DNA of 10,087 nt from an uncultured Oligoflexus sp. (GTDB lineage Bacteria; Bdellovibrionota_B; Oligoflexia; Oligoflexales; Oligoflexaceae): positions 10,840 through 20,926 of the forward strand of contig CAXSGP010000084.1 of assembly GCA_964236955.1 (NCBI GenBank), read 5' to 3'. This document shows positions 7,926 to 10,087 of this stretch, one piece after another (positions within the stretch are counted from its first letter, which is position 1; each line of letters starts with the position of its first letter). The notes under the pieces are model-generated. The model worked only from the letters and a program-made list of their open reading frames with translations, did no database searches and was not told the origin of the DNA. The translations under genes and the position numbers were made by a program.

Positions 7926-8060
7926 GAAAAGGCTCCTTCGATAAGCCGTTTATAATAACAGTTCATGGGCCAGGTCTCTAATGAAAACTCTAGGACCAAG
8001 CTGGAAAAAGTCAGTTCGTTCTCGATCTTAAAAGTCGATAATATCCTGTAGTTCTTAGTA

Positions 8061-8196
8061 AATACCCCGCCTTTGCCGCGATTGTCAGGACGTTCAGACT
8101 GAATTTTTAAGATTTCCCTTCGCCCTTCATGCGGACGCGTTTACGCAAGTAAAAACAACAGACCCTTCGCATTCTTTGGCGGGACGGGGATTTTTT
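8061..8196 (+). ncRNA. Candidate structured leader or small RNA ending in a U-tract, family not recognised
   Basis: 5' CCCCGCCTTTGCC can pair with 3' GGCGGGACGGGG; internal TTTAC-GCAA-GTAAA hairpin; T6 at 8191-8196. Confidence 0.3.
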
Positions 8197-8306
8197 GCAT
8201 GATTTGCACTGTCCTTAAATTTGCGGTAAGTTCGACTGCAATTGATGCGCAGGGATTGAATGATCAGATGAGTATAGTCAGCTGACTGCAAGGAAGGGGT
8301 TCCATC

Positions 8307-9212
8307 GTGGACACGACAGCGATCGCCAACGTAACCGATACCGCGGCCTGGGTTGCCACCTATCGCGCCCGCGAAACCCTCCGCAGCGACGCTTTATTTA
8401 AAGATCCTTTGGCTAAAATCTTAGCCGGACCCCAGGGCGAAACAATTGCCGCCCAGGCTCATTCACGCGGCGCAGATTGGTATGTGGTGATTCGAACCTG
8501 CATTATAGATGATTTCATCCGCTCCGCTGTCGCCGACGGGGTTGATACCGTGATCAACATTGGGGCTGGCCTCGACACACGTCCCTATCGACTCGATTTG
8601 CCGGCAGATCTCCTTTGGATTGAAGTCGATTATCCTGGAATCATCGACCCTAAGACAACGCTGTTAAGTCAGGAACTGCCCTGCTGCCGCCTGGAGCGCA
8701 CCGCGCTTGATCTCAACCTCAAGAAGGATCGCCAGGATTTGTTTGCGGCGATTGATGCCCGTTCCAAAAAGGTGCTTGTCCTCACGGAAGGGGTTTTGCC
8801 TTACCTGAGCGAGGAACAGGTTTTCAGTCTCGGTCAGGATCTGGCTTTAAATGCAAGTTTTCAGCTGTGGATAGTCGATTATTTTTCAAAACGCTTCATG
8901 AAAATGATGAATGGCAAAAGGCGTAAAAACCAAATGAAGAATGCTCCTTTTATTTTCGGCCCGGATCACTGGCTGAAGTTCTTCGCCGCCGCACATTGGA
9001 CATTGAAGGAGATGAAGTTCATCGCGCCAACAGCCAGAGCCCTTGGTCGCAATCCCCCGCTACCCTATCTCGTCCTTCAAATCCTTCGTTTGCTTCCCAG
9101 ATTTATCAGCCGAAGTTTTGATGAATCGACTGGATTTGCCTTGCTTCAAGTTCAAAAAGCAGCGATTTGCCCGACCTCTGATTGGCCAAGTTCAAGGTTA
9201 GCATCATCCTAA
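8307..9212 (+). CDS. SAM-dependent methyltransferase, leucine carboxyl methyltransferase-like (TIGR00027-type)
   Basis: TAAWVATYRARE..DALFKDPLA, RTCIIDDF, VINIGAGLDTRPYRL, WIEVD, LTEGVLPYL; GTG start with AAGGAAGGGG SD. Confidence 0.93.
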   Translation: MDTTAIANVTDTAAWVATYRARETLRSDALFKDPLAKILAGPQGETIAAQAHSRGADWYVVIRTCIIDDFIRSAVADGVDTVINIGAGLDTRPYRLDLPADLLWIEVDYPGIIDPKTTLLSQELPCCRLERTALDLNLKKDRQDLFAAIDARSKKVLVLTEGVLPYLSEEQVFSLGQDLALNASFQLWIVDYFSKRFMKMMNGKRRKNQMKNAPFIFGPDHWLKFFAAAHWTLKEMKFIAPTARALGRNPPLPYLVLQILRLLPRFISRSFDESTGFALLQVQKAAICPTSDWPSSRLASS

Positions 9213-9472
9213 GAAGAGCCCTGGCTTATTTGCCCTTTTATTTTATGAAAACAAATACTTAGATAAAAATCCAAACAGGTCTGAATTGGCAAGATAAAAC
9301 TAAGCATAAAACGTTTTATCATGCTTGCAAAAGCACGGCCCATCAATGTTTGAAAAAAAAATGCCCAAATTTTTGACCGATATAAAGTGCATCCGCACTA
9401 TGACTGCGATAAAAGCGTGTTGAAGAGTGAAGATACCAGCTTCATTTTCAAACTTTCCTAAAGGGGTATACA

Positions 9473-9931
9473 ATGAAAATGACTCTTAATGAATCTCTGC
9501 TGCTGACAACCGTCTTATTTTCTTCTCTTGCGATTGCTCAATCGGTGCCGGTAGCCGGGTCGGGCGCACGTCCTGCCGACAACCGTTCGACCGATCAAAA
9601 TAAAATCAATGAAGCAAGTCCCGCTGTGCCGTCAAGTGTTACAGATGATGCAGGCAAAGCGGATGGAGGAACGGAGGCATCGAGCAACAACGGCTCCACT
9701 GGTGCCGGTCGTATCGGCTCAAAGCCAGCTGCAAGCAATCAGCCGCAAATTAATGGTGACTGTGGTCCTGACAGCAAAGGCAGAATGAACCACAGCAAGC
9801 ATTGCGCGGAAAAAAGCGATGCACGTACGTCGCATAGAAAGGGACAAAAATCGACCAGCGTGAATCGCGGCAATCAGGATAGTACAGCCCCGAAAAGCGG
9901 AACGAATGCTGACCAGACCACCAATAGATAA
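9473..9931 (+). CDS. Secreted low-complexity hypothetical protein
   Basis: Signal peptide ending AIA|Q; mature part rich in S/T/G/N/D with two Cys; SD AAGGGG. Confidence 0.75.
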   Translation: MKMTLNESLLLTTVLFSSLAIAQSVPVAGSGARPADNRSTDQNKINEASPAVPSSVTDDAGKADGGTEASSNNGSTGAGRIGSKPAASNQPQINGDCGPDSKGRMNHSKHCAEKSDARTSHRKGQKSTSVNRGNQDSTAPKSGTNADQTTNR

Positions 9932-9934
9932 TTC

Positions 9935-9969
9935 TGAGGCGAGCCAGCGGCGAAAAACTGGCTCGCTCA
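9935..9969 (+). terminator. Hairpin just after the secreted-protein stop codon
   Basis: GCGAGCCAG-N10-CTGGCTCGC (9939-9966), extendable by TGA/TCA; weak U-tail. Confidence 0.5.
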
Positions 9970-10050
9970 TTCGTGTATGTCCGGACATGGGGATATGTTG
10001 GTTCGAGACCCCGGTATTTTGGGTCCATTGTCGCATTTGTAGTGGTCCAG

Positions 10051-10087
10051 TAGGGGCTGTTGACGTTTGAGATAAGTGATTGAAAAG
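10051..10087. mobile_element. Possible terminus of an IS5-like element or MITE at the window edge
   Basis: TAG followed by GGGCTGTTGACGTTT resembles IS5-family ends from memory. No partner repeat or transposase lies in the window. Confidence 0.25.

Noticed and set aside
8061..8196. 6S RNA, SRP RNA, or a known SAM or c-di-GMP riboswitch
   Set aside because: Shorter than a typical 6S RNA, and I could not find the conserved core motifs of the others.
9719..10036. Two - strand ORFs of 105 and 92 aa
   Set aside because: They overlap the better supported + strand gene, which has an SD, signal peptide and 3' hairpin.

Overview
Bacterial chromosomal window with 11 supportable protein genes and no rRNA, tRNA, CRISPR array or transposase. 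The gene types suggest Bdellovibrionota/Oligoflexia or a deltaproteobacterium (inference). In order: dienelactone hydrolase (-, runs off the left edge, absent from the ORF track), stand-alone Hpt protein (-), AnkB-like ankyrin (-), orphan Xre/MbcA/ParS-like antitoxin (-) followed by a (GA)16 tract, ferritin-like protein (-) with a sigma-54-type promoter, DUF1566-like lipoprotein (+), YebC/PmpR protein (-), DUF1615 lipoprotein (+), AI-2E transporter (-), LCM-type SAM-dependent methyltransferase (+) and a secreted low-complexity protein (+). The clearest oddity is that full-length yebC has no ATG/GTG/TTG start and appears to start at ATC behind a strong Shine-Dalgarno (SD). Other leads are the toxin-less antitoxin with its adjacent microsatellite and a structured, attenuator-like element upstream of the methyltransferase. 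I see no demonstrable new multi-gene system; the regulatory leads are hypotheses. Family calls come from motif recognition, not database searches.
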